Positions 8,613 to 16,035 of a stretch of 32,000 nt of DNA are shown here, piece by piece. Where the stretch lies: the NCBI GenBank assembly GCA_035380285.1, contig DAOSXE010000002.1, positions 1,207-33,206 on the forward strand, given 5' to 3'. The notes under the pieces were generated by a model. That model saw only the letters and a program-made list of their open reading frames with translations, was not told the origin of the DNA and ran no database searches. The first letter of the stretch is position 1. Every line of letters starts with the position of its first letter. A program made the translations under genes and the position numbers. This DNA comes from a bacterium (GTDB taxonomy: Bacteria > Auribacterota > Erginobacteria > Erginobacterales > DAOSXE01).

Positions 8613-9344
8613 ATGAAAAGATTGGGTTCAGGGGCGTTGTTGCTGTTGTTGATGTCCGCGGTCGGAACGGTCCGGGCCGAACCGGCCGCCCCCGAAGACG
8701 GGTACCGGCTCCTGCGGGAAGCGACCGCCGCCGAAGCGGCGGGCCGCGCGGACCAGGCCGCGGCTCTGAACCGGCAGGCCCTGGACGTCTTCCGCGCCCT
8801 GGCCGGCGCCTCCGTCCCGGAAACGGACCCGGAACTGGATTCTTCCCGGCTGCGGATAGAAGAGGATCTCCCCTCGAAGCCCACCGACCTGGAACTGAAG
8901 CTGTTGCGCCAACAGGAGCTGATCCTCAACCAGCAGCAGCTGATCCTGCAGAAACTGGCTCAGGTCGCGGAGTCCAACGCCGCTTTCACCGAGGAGATCA
9001 AGGGGGTACGCGCGGACACCTCGGAGATACCCAATCTGTCCGACGAGATCGACGACATCCGTTCGAATTCGGAGACGATTCTCGACTTCGAGGGGCTCCT
9101 GGCCCGTATCGAGGACAACACCCAGGACATTCCCGAGATGCTCAACACCGTCGACGAGATCGACAACAACACCAGCGATATCGGCAATATCGACGACTCC
9201 CTCCAGGACATCCGGGACAACCGCGATCTGCTCGATCAGGTCATCAGCATCGTCGAGGACATCAAAAACGACACCGACCGCATCGGGGACGTGGAGTCGG
9301 CGGTGGAAGACGTCAAGGACGAGATCAGCTCCGGCGGCAATTAA
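8613..9344 (+). CDS. Secreted acidic coiled-coil protein, 243 aa, no family recognised
   Basis: RBS GGAGAGGG precedes the start. Signal peptide MKRLGSGALLLLLMSAVGTVRAEP. The C-terminal ~130 aa is strongly acidic, with I/L/V at heptad-like spacing (EIDDIRSNSETILDFEGLLARIEDNTQDIPEMLNTVDEIDNNTSDIGNIDDSLQDIRDNRDLLDQVISIVEDIKNDTDRIGDVESAVEDVKDEI). Confidence 0.7.
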   Translation: MKRLGSGALLLLLMSAVGTVRAEPAAPEDGYRLLREATAAEAAGRADQAAALNRQALDVFRALAGASVPETDPELDSSRLRIEEDLPSKPTDLELKLLRQQELILNQQQLILQKLAQVAESNAAFTEEIKGVRADTSEIPNLSDEIDDIRSNSETILDFEGLLARIEDNTQDIPEMLNTVDEIDNNTSDIGNIDDSLQDIRDNRDLLDQVISIVEDIKNDTDRIGDVESAVEDVKDEISSGGN

Positions 9345-11191
9345 GGAACCGGGCCGCCGGGGCCGGGCGTGGGCGGCGGCAGGGCCAGGAGCTGAGTTTT
9401 CAGTTTCGTCTCGCCGGGGTTGAGCCGCAGTCCGCGCCGCAAGGTGCTTCGGGCTTCGGCGAACAACCCCCGGCCGACATAGAGGCGGGCCAGGACCGCG
9501 AACCCGGTCGGATGCCGGGGCGCGCGGCGCAACGCTTCTTCGGCGGCCGCCAGCGCTTCGGGAAACCGACCCCGTTCCTGAAGCAACAGGGCCAGATTGC
9601 GCAGAGGCACCGCGTACTCGCGGTTGATCTCCCCCGCCTTCCGGTAGGCTTCGGCGGCTTCGGGAAACCGCGCTTCCCGCTCCAACGCAATGCCCAGGGC
9701 GTTATAGGCTTCGGGGACCCAGGGGTTGGCGGCGACGACCGAACGGATGATCGTCTCCGCCTCTTCGATCCGGCCCATGCGCAGGTAGGTTTCGGCCAGA
9801 TTGAGGGAGGCGACGTGGTAGAGAGGGTCCGCGGAAAGACTTTGCTCGAAATGGCGGACGGCTTTCTTCAACGCCCCCCGGTTGCGATAAAACACGCCCA
9901 GGTTGTTGTGGGCCTCGCAGTGCCGGGGGTTGATGGTCAGGGCTTCCCGCAGGGCGCCGATCGCGGCCCGGTCGTCCCCCCGGACATGGTACGCGATGGC
10001 CAGGTTGTTGTAGGCCAGGGAAGCCCGGGGCGAATAGATGCTGGCGCGAAGCCAGAGATTGAATTCGCTTTTCCAGGCCCAGAGATAGTCGACGCTCCCC
10101 AAAGTCAACGCGACCAGCACGATTCCCAGGACCGTCCCGGCCCAACGCCGGCGCCGGCACGTCCCCCCGGAAAGAAGCGGAGCCAGGAAAAGGCCCGCCA
10201 GAATGCATCCGAAGACCGAGGGAAAATACAGCCGCTGTTCGGCCACGGTCCGCCCGGCCTGGGCCACCTTGCTCAAGGCCGGCAGCAGGCTGATCGTCAA
10301 CCCGGCCCCCGCCCAGAAAATGCCGCGGCGGCGGCGGACCCGGCCCAGCGCCAGCAGGAAGGCGACCGCACCCAACAACGGCAGCAACCAGAGCCAGCCC
10401 CCCCAGTAAACCGGCAGCCTGAAGCTGTAGAGCGTCTTCAGGCGGACCGGAAAAATCAACAGCTGCAGATAGCGCGCCCAGAGCCGGACCATGTCCGGAG
10501 GGTAATCGACCAGATTTCCCGGCCGGGGCAGGCCCGCGGATTTAAGCATTACCGCCTTCCACGCCCCCGAGACCAGGGCGAGGCCCCAGAAGGGGAGACT
10601 GAGGCGCCAGGCGCGCTTCCAACCGGCGCGGAGAAGGACCGTGAACACGACCAGGGGGGGGAGGATCAGGGCCGTCTCCTTGGTCAGCAGCGCGGCGGCA
10701 TAGATCAGCGAGAGACCGGCGATCCGCAACGCCCCGGGCGGTCGGGCGGAAAGCAGGCCGGCCAGCACCAGAGTCATGAACAGCGAGGGCAGCAGCTCGG
10801 AAATGTTGCGGGGGTTGACCACGGCTTCCACGTGGGCGGGATGAACGGCGTAGAGGGCGGCGGCGACCAGGGCGGCGACGGCGCTCCCCCCCACGCGGAA
10901 GGCGAGCAGAAACACGGCAACGGTGGCCAGAGCGTTGACGAGGATGTTGGCGCACCGGTAGGGAGCCGGATCGGCCCCCCCCCACCACGCGGGGACGCTG
11001 AGCGCAAGCATCTGGAGCGGGCGGTAGTCGTTGCGGGAGATCGGCACGCGCCAGCGCCAGAAGTCCGGTTGAAAGTAGAGCAGGGGAGATTCCGCTCCGC
11101 GCAGCAGGCTGTTGTCCCGGACCACCCGCACGTCGTCCCAGAGCAGCGGGTAGCGGAGGGCCGGAAGATAGATCGACCCGCCGGCCACCAC
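9341..11191 (-). CDS. Multi-pass membrane protein with C-terminal TPR repeats (GT-C fold, TMTC/PMT-like putative glycosyltransferase), at least 616 aa
   Basis: The N-terminal ~400 aa is polytopic, with the WDD motif in the first loop (YPLLWDDVRVVRDNSLL) seen in TMTC/DUF1736-type proteins. The C-terminal ~200 aa carries repeated TPR units (AYNNLAIAYHVRGDDRAAIGALREALTINPRHCEAHNNLGVFY...). The N-terminus is uncertain; see the finding at 11189-11257. Its stop overlaps the convergent gene's stop within TTAA at 9341-9344. Confidence 0.8.
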   Translation of the reverse strand: MVAGGSIYLPALRYPLLWDDVRVVRDNSLLRGAESPLLYFQPDFWRWRVPISRNDYRPLQMLALSVPAWWGGADPAPYRCANILVNALATVAVFLLAFRVGGSAVAALVAAALYAVHPAHVEAVVNPRNISELLPSLFMTLVLAGLLSARPPGALRIAGLSLIYAAALLTKETALILPPLVVFTVLLRAGWKRAWRLSLPFWGLALVSGAWKAVMLKSAGLPRPGNLVDYPPDMVRLWARYLQLLIFPVRLKTLYSFRLPVYWGGWLWLLPLLGAVAFLLALGRVRRRRGIFWAGAGLTISLLPALSKVAQAGRTVAEQRLYFPSVFGCILAGLFLAPLLSGGTCRRRRWAGTVLGIVLVALTLGSVDYLWAWKSEFNLWLRASIYSPRASLAYNNLAIAYHVRGDDRAAIGALREALTINPRHCEAHNNLGVFYRNRGALKKAVRHFEQSLSADPLYHVASLNLAETYLRMGRIEEAETIIRSVVAANPWVPEAYNALGIALEREARFPEAAEAYRKAGEINREYAVPLRNLALLLQERGRFPEALAAAEEALRRAPRHPTGFAVLARLYVGRGLFAEARSTLRRGLRLNPGETKLKTQLLALPPPTPGPGGPVP

Positions 11192-11266
11192 GATCAGGGC
11201 GAGGGCGGCGGCGGCGGGGACGGAGAGTCGGGAGTGCTTAATCGTTTTCTCCGGTCAGATTTTATG

Positions 11267-11295
11267 TTGACCATGACGCTGGCCGGAAATACTAT
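11267..11295 (+). promoter_or_regulatory. Candidate sigma70-type promoter for the 11340-16760 gene string
   Basis: TTGACC (11267-11272), a 17-nt spacer, then TACTAT (11290-11295). A strong RBS GAAGGAGG (11326-11333) sits 6 nt before the ATG at 11340. Confidence 0.5.
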
Positions 11296-11339
11296 AGGGG
11301 CTGAATCTACCTGTCAATCATCCAAGAAGGAGGTTGCTC

Positions 11340-14147
11340 ATGACCAGAGCCAGGAGCATTTCGCTGGCCTCGGGTGTATTCACGGCGGGTGTTCTCGTCT
11401 TCCTCTTGTTCGCCTTGGGCGGTTTCACTTCCCCGCTCCCCTCGACCTGGGAGATGAAGTATACCAACCTCAAGGACGACCTCCGGGCCCTGGCCGTCAA
11501 CCCCCTCGATCCCCAGATACTCTACGTCGGCACGGATCAGGCCGTGCTCGGCAGCACCGACGGCGGCCAGACCTGGAACCAGCTCTACAGCTTCCGCGAC
11601 GACAAGATCGATATCTCCGACGTGCTTTCGGATGAAGCCATCCAGGTTTTGACCGACATCGGAGCGGACGCCGCCCAGGCGTCCGCCCCCGCCGGCCAGG
11701 CGGAGGAAAGCGCTCCGAAGGAAGCCGAAAGAGCCCCGCGCGGCCGCGAAAGCGCTCCTTCCGGAACGGGAGGGTCGGGCACTAGCTCGACGGCCGAACT
11801 GGCCGGCCAGGTGGAGACGGCGCTGCAGAAAATGACGGAAACCCAGGACGCCCTCGCCCAGGCCGAGGACGCCTACATGGAATGGACCCCGGACGAGCTC
11901 ACCATCTCCGAGGTGGACGGGATTCCCGAAGACGACAGCGGCTTCGTGGAACAGCCCATGTACGACGAACTGGCCAACTGGCTCTCCGAACGTTCCCTGA
12001 GCGTCCCCGACAACGGGGCCGAGCGCAAAGACACCCTGGTCGATTACCTCAAGACCCACGAGGCCGAAGGCGAAACCCTGTCCAAGGCGGTGGACTCGGC
12101 CAAGTCGCAATACACCAACGCCGAGGGGGAATACAACAACCTCAAGGCGCAGCTGGAACAGGCCGAGGCCGCCCAGGGGCAGGCCGAGGACCAGGAGGAG
12201 ATGGCGGCGACGGAAGAATTCCAGTCCGAAGAGGCCGGCGCCTCCGCCCCGGAACCGGGAGCCCAGTCCACCCCCGCGATCGAAGGCGGGTATCTCACCG
12301 GGGTAACCGACCTGGCCGTCAACCCCGCCAATCCGGACCATGTCTTCGCCACCACCTTCGACGGGGTCTACCGGTCGCCGGACGGGGGACAGACCTGGGA
12401 ATCGATCTACACCGGCGCCAACCCCCGCCAGGGATGCAGTCTCTGCATCACCATCGACCCCTCCAACCCCGACATCATCCTGCTGGGGACCCTGGTCGGG
12501 GTCGGAATATCCAAAGACGGAGGCGTCAGCTGGACCCGGGCGCTGGGCAGCCTCAGCAACGACGTCGTCACCGCCGTCGCCGTGCATCCCTTCGACTCCA
12601 GCGTCATCCTCGCCGGGACCCAGGGGGACGGCATCTTCAAGAGCACGGACGGGGGCGACAGCTGGGAAAAGGTCTTCAACAACCCCTCGTCCGGAGCCCA
12701 GAACATCGGGGCCGTCGCCTTCGCCCCCGCCAACCCCAACATCGTCTATGCCGGAACCCAGAACGGCATCTACGTCAGCCACGACGCCGGTTCCACCTGG
12801 GACACCGCCTCGGGCATGGGCCTGGGAAGCTACGGCGCCCGCGACCTGGCCATCGACCCCACCGATTCCAACACTGTCCTCATGGCCAGCTGGGACGGTG
12901 TCTTCGGCACCATGAATGGCGGCAGCCAATGGCGGCGCCTGACCTACGGGCTCAAGTACCGGGGGGCGGACCGCGTCCTCTTCGACCCGCTCGCCCCGGA
13001 AACGATCTGGATGCTGACCGACGACCATGTCTTCCGGGGAGAAAGCCCCGCCACGGTCGACGTCGAAGGCGACGGCAAAGCCTACCTTACCGGCAACTGC
13101 GAGTTCAGTTTCGGGGGCACCGAGCGCCACACCCTGACCATCCTCAACGTCGATCCGCAGGCCAAGACGGTCAAGATCGAACTGCGCTCCGAACCCCAGG
13201 ACCTGACCCTCGAAGTGGGCGTGCCCACGGAGGTCGATCTGAACGGGGACGGGACCAAGGACGCTCTCATCACCCTGGAGAAGATCGACCAGGGCGAACC
13301 CAAGATCTCCATCTACAAGGTGCTGCGTATATCCGCCCGGGAAGAGTCCATCCAGCTGAAATCGGCCGAAGAGGTCAGGGGGCTCGAGGACCTGGAACCG
13401 TACTTCGCCGCCGAGCCCAGCTGCGTCGAGGTCCAGGATGCCGCCTCCCGCTGGGGAGAAGTTCACCCCGAGATGATCGAGGACTGGCGGGAAGGCGCCC
13501 GCTTCCGCGCGTTTCTCCCCGAGGTCCAGGTCCAGTACACCTACCGGGTGGATAACGATACGGCCACCGACAGCTATGATTCCTATTCCCGGGAATACGA
13601 CTTCTACACCGCCTACGGCGGCAACTCCGAAGTCAGCAGCAGCCGGGGAGACGAGTACACGGAGGGTTTCTACCCCTCCACCAGCCTGGGATGGCCCGAT
13701 ACCTACGAATGGTTCGACTCCTACTCCACCTACGACGAGTCCTCGGCGTATCAGTCCTACCAGGATTACGAGGGCACCTCCTCCCGCGACGAGCACCGCA
13801 CCCGCGACGGAGCCCGGGACCGCAACTCCAAGGCCTGGAAGTTCCAGCTCGACTGGTACCTGGGCGATTTCCTCTTCGAGAGGCAGCAACTCTACATCAG
13901 CCGGGAAGCCCGCGACCTGGTGGAACTGCGCCAGGACATCCTGGAGCAGGTGACCATGTACTACTTCGACCGCAAGGCCGCCCGGATCGACATGATCATG
14001 AACCCGCCGGCCGACTCCTACTCCAAGCTGGACATGCTCCTGCGCCTGCAGCAGCTCGACGCCAGCCTCGACGCCCTCACCGGGGGATTCTTCACGGCCA
14101 CGATCAAGGAGAGACGTGCTCAGTACCCGGAACTCCCGGTCTATTGA
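11340..14147 (+). CDS. Membrane-anchored BNR/Asp-box beta-propeller protein with an acidic coiled-coil insertion and an unassigned C-terminal module, 935 aa
   Basis: The ATG at 11340 has better RBS spacing than the TTG at 11334. N-terminal TM segment: GVFTAGVLVFLLFALGGF. Six S-x-D-x-G-x-[TS]-W type Asp-boxes are present (STDGGQTW, SPDGGQTW, SKDGGVSW, STDGGDSW, SHDAGSTW, TMNGGSQW), each preceded by an LAVNPxxP..h..G-like strand. The C-terminal ~250 aa is paralogous to the next gene. Confidence 0.85.
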   Translation: MTRARSISLASGVFTAGVLVFLLFALGGFTSPLPSTWEMKYTNLKDDLRALAVNPLDPQILYVGTDQAVLGSTDGGQTWNQLYSFRDDKIDISDVLSDEAIQVLTDIGADAAQASAPAGQAEESAPKEAERAPRGRESAPSGTGGSGTSSTAELAGQVETALQKMTETQDALAQAEDAYMEWTPDELTISEVDGIPEDDSGFVEQPMYDELANWLSERSLSVPDNGAERKDTLVDYLKTHEAEGETLSKAVDSAKSQYTNAEGEYNNLKAQLEQAEAAQGQAEDQEEMAATEEFQSEEAGASAPEPGAQSTPAIEGGYLTGVTDLAVNPANPDHVFATTFDGVYRSPDGGQTWESIYTGANPRQGCSLCITIDPSNPDIILLGTLVGVGISKDGGVSWTRALGSLSNDVVTAVAVHPFDSSVILAGTQGDGIFKSTDGGDSWEKVFNNPSSGAQNIGAVAFAPANPNIVYAGTQNGIYVSHDAGSTWDTASGMGLGSYGARDLAIDPTDSNTVLMASWDGVFGTMNGGSQWRRLTYGLKYRGADRVLFDPLAPETIWMLTDDHVFRGESPATVDVEGDGKAYLTGNCEFSFGGTERHTLTILNVDPQAKTVKIELRSEPQDLTLEVGVPTEVDLNGDGTKDALITLEKIDQGEPKISIYKVLRISAREESIQLKSAEEVRGLEDLEPYFAAEPSCVEVQDAASRWGEVHPEMIEDWREGARFRAFLPEVQVQYTYRVDNDTATDSYDSYSREYDFYTAYGGNSEVSSSRGDEYTEGFYPSTSLGWPDTYEWFDSYSTYDESSAYQSYQDYEGTSSRDEHRTRDGARDRNSKAWKFQLDWYLGDFLFERQQLYISREARDLVELRQDILEQVTMYYFDRKAARIDMIMNPPADSYSKLDMLLRLQQLDASLDALTGGFFTATIKERRAQYPELPVY
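13390..14144 (+). other. Copy 1 of the shared unassigned module (C-terminus of the BNR protein)
   Basis: Contains GEVHPEMIEDWREGARFRAFLPEVQVQYTYRV, then a Y/S/D-rich segment, then AWKFQLDWYLGDFLFERQQLYISREARDLVELRQDILEQVTMYYFDRKAARIDMIMNPPADSYSKLDMLLRLQQLDASLDALTGGFF. Confidence 0.7.
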
Positions 14148-14197
14148 GAAACAATTAACCCAATGCGGCATTTTCAAATAGCGAGAAGGAGGGTGCC

Positions 14198-15043
14198 ATG
14201 ACCCCAAGAAGCGCACTGCCGATCACGGCGGGAGTCGTGCTCTTGACGATCCTCTTGAGCCTCAGCATCAGCCAGGAGATCGTGACCCAGCCGCCTCCGG
14301 TGGAGACTCTGGACGACCTCAACGCCCTGTTCGCCGACGAGCCCACCTACAACGAGATCCAGGAAGCGGCCATGAGGTTCGCCGAGGTCCATCCGGACAA
14401 GATCGAAAGCTGGAGACAGGGGGCAAAATTCCGCGCCTTTCTTCCCCGGGTGAGCTACCGGTACAACGTCTACGACGATTGGACCGACGAAATCTCGACC
14501 GGTAGCGAGGACAGCATCTCCTTCGAGTACTCCTACGACTACGAGGTCATGAGCTCTTCCGAGCAGGGGACCAACGACGGCTACGGCCAGGCCGGCAGCA
14601 GCGGCTGGCCGGTCCCGGAATGGTCCATGACCCAGGAGTACACCAACCGCAGCGGCCAGGCGGCGTCGACCCGGGACGCCTACGGAGAGTCGGGAGGGAC
14701 CCGCGACTACATCGGCACCTACGAGGAGGACGGCAACACCAAGGAGTGGGGGGTCATGCTGGAATGGGACCTGCGCGACTTCCTCTACAGCGAGGAGCAG
14801 ACCCGGATCAGCAAGGAGGCGCGGGAACTGGTCGAGCTTCGCCAGGACGTGATGGAGGAAGTCAACACCTACTTCTTCGACCGGCGCCGGTCCCAGATCG
14901 ATATGCTCTTTTCCCCTCCGACCGACACCGCCAGCCGGATCGACATGCAGCTGCAGATCGCCCGTCTGACCGCCAACATCGATGCCCTGACCGGTGGCTT
15001 TCTGAGCAAGCGCCTGGCGGAGACCAAAACCGCCGTGCAGTAA
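14198..15043 (+). CDS. Hypothetical exported or membrane-anchored protein, 281 aa, made up almost entirely of the module shared with the upstream gene
   Basis: RBS GAAGGAGGG. N-terminal hydrophobic segment: ITAGVVLLTILLSLSI. Contains AEVHPDKIESWRQGAKFRAFLPRVSYRYNVY, then a Y/S/D/G-rich segment, then EWGVMLEWDLRDFLYSEEQTRISKEARELVELRQDVMEEVNTYFFDRRRSQIDMLFSPPTDTASRIDMQLQIARLTANIDALTGGFL. Confidence 0.75.
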   Translation: MTPRSALPITAGVVLLTILLSLSISQEIVTQPPPVETLDDLNALFADEPTYNEIQEAAMRFAEVHPDKIESWRQGAKFRAFLPRVSYRYNVYDDWTDEISTGSEDSISFEYSYDYEVMSSSEQGTNDGYGQAGSSGWPVPEWSMTQEYTNRSGQAASTRDAYGESGGTRDYIGTYEEDGNTKEWGVMLEWDLRDFLYSEEQTRISKEARELVELRQDVMEEVNTYFFDRRRSQIDMLFSPPTDTASRIDMQLQIARLTANIDALTGGFLSKRLAETKTAVQ

Positions 15044-15076
15044 TCCCGCGCGCCGCGGACAGGCCCGGGCGGAGTC

Positions 15077-15586
15077 ATGGCCGCCGCGGGATGGGGACCG
15101 GAACGGCGGGTTCGGCGGAAACGGGAGGGGAGGCGAACGGGGGTGAACGGCTTCACCTCGAGTTTCTTTCTGGTCAATTTTCTCCTGCAGCTGCTGGGGT
15201 TCAGCTCGGGCCAGTACCTGGAACGCCGGGTGGACATGGACGTGGCGGTGTTCTGGCGCAATCAGGCCCTGGCCGCCCCCCGATGCTCCTATACCCGGAT
15301 AGACTGCTATAACAAGGCGCTGGCGAGGGACTCCGGGTACCTGGCCGCCCGGTGCGAGCTGGCCGACGTTTACTACGAGCTGGGCATAACCTACGGGCAC
15401 CGCGACCTTTTTCGGGCCGCGGCCGATTGCCTGGAGGCGGCCGCCGCCCTGGAGCCGGACGACCCGGAAATCCACCGCCGGTTGGGCCGCGTGTACTTTC
15501 TCCTGCGCGATTTCGACGGCAGCCGCCGCGAGTTGGAACGAACCCGGGCCCTTTCTCCGCAAGCGAACCCGGTCCCGGGACCATGA
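15077..15586 (+). CDS. Small TPR-like protein with one N-terminal hydrophobic segment, 169 aa (alternative GTG start at 15143)
   Basis: Hydrophobic FTSSFFLVNFLLQLLGF is followed by TPR-like helices (YNKALARDSGYLAARCELADVYYELG...AADCLEAAAALEPDDPEIHRRLGRVYFLLRDFDGSRRELERTRALSP). The GTG at 15143 is preceded by GGGAGGGGAGG. The stop overlaps the next start (ATGA). Confidence 0.55.
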   Translation: MAAAGWGPERRVRRKREGRRTGVNGFTSSFFLVNFLLQLLGFSSGQYLERRVDMDVAVFWRNQALAAPRCSYTRIDCYNKALARDSGYLAARCELADVYYELGITYGHRDLFRAAADCLEAAAALEPDDPEIHRRLGRVYFLLRDFDGSRRELERTRALSPQANPVPGP

Positions 15587-16035
15587 AGGGGAGGGGACCG
15601 GGACGAACGTTCCTCGTCCTGGTCATCGCGTTTACGGCCGCAGCGGCGTGGGCCAAGGTCAACATCAACACCGCCACCCAGGCCGAACTGGAAAGCCTTC
15701 CGGGGATCGGGAAGGTCAAGGCCGAACGCATCATCCAGTACCGGGAAAAGCACAGCGGTTTCCGGCGGCTGGAAGAACTGATGGACGTTTACGGCATCGG
15801 CCCCAAAACGTTCGAAGCACTCGAACCCCTCTGTTGCCTTTATGACGAAATCGGAACCGGGGCCCGGGCAGAGGCCGGGTCCCCGGGTTCCGGACAGGGC
15901 CCGCGCTCGACCGAACCCCTGCCGGGGAGCATGGAGGTTAAATGCTGGAAGTGCGGCAAGGTCTTCGAAGTGCCCAGAGCCGCCCGGGAAGGAACCTGCC
16001 CGTACTGTTCGGCCAAATTCAAGGTTTCCCGGTGA
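15583..16035 (+). CDS. comEA: ComEA-like helix-hairpin-helix DNA-binding protein with a C-terminal zinc ribbon, 150 aa
   Basis: Signal/anchor segment: MKGRGPGRTFLVLVIAFTAAAAWA. ComEA-type HhH pair: KVNINTATQAELESLPGIGKVKAERIIQYREKHSGFRRLEELMDVYGIGPKTFEAL. A G/P/S-rich linker follows, then CWKCGKVFEVPRAAREGTCPYC (CxxC-x16-CxxC). Confidence 0.85.
   Translation: MKGRGPGRTFLVLVIAFTAAAAWAKVNINTATQAELESLPGIGKVKAERIIQYREKHSGFRRLEELMDVYGIGPKTFEALEPLCCLYDEIGTGARAEAGSPGSGQGPRSTEPLPGSMEVKCWKCGKVFEVPRAAREGTCPYCSAKFKVSR

Noticed and set aside
9341-9344. Convergent genes sharing TTAA so that both stop codons overlap
   Set aside because: The overlap is real, but it looks like genome compaction rather than a regulatory device. 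No hairpin or other structure is present there.
8465-11635. 1056-aa + strand ORF spanning the coiled-coil gene and the antisense of the GT-C/TPR gene
   Set aside because: The translation is R/G/P/Q-rich low complexity with no motifs. It overlaps two genes with clear signal peptide, TPR or TM features. Long shadow ORFs are expected in high-GC DNA.
13630-13660. RGD tripeptide (SSSRGDEY) in the Y/S/D-rich spacer of the BNR protein
   Set aside because: It is a three-residue motif in a low-complexity region and is not conserved in the paralogous module, so it most likely arose by chance.
11307-14216. 969-aa minus-strand ORF antisense to the BNR protein gene
   Set aside because: It is G/V/A/P-rich low complexity. 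The + strand frame has six Asp-boxes, a TM anchor, a strong RBS and a paralogue next door.
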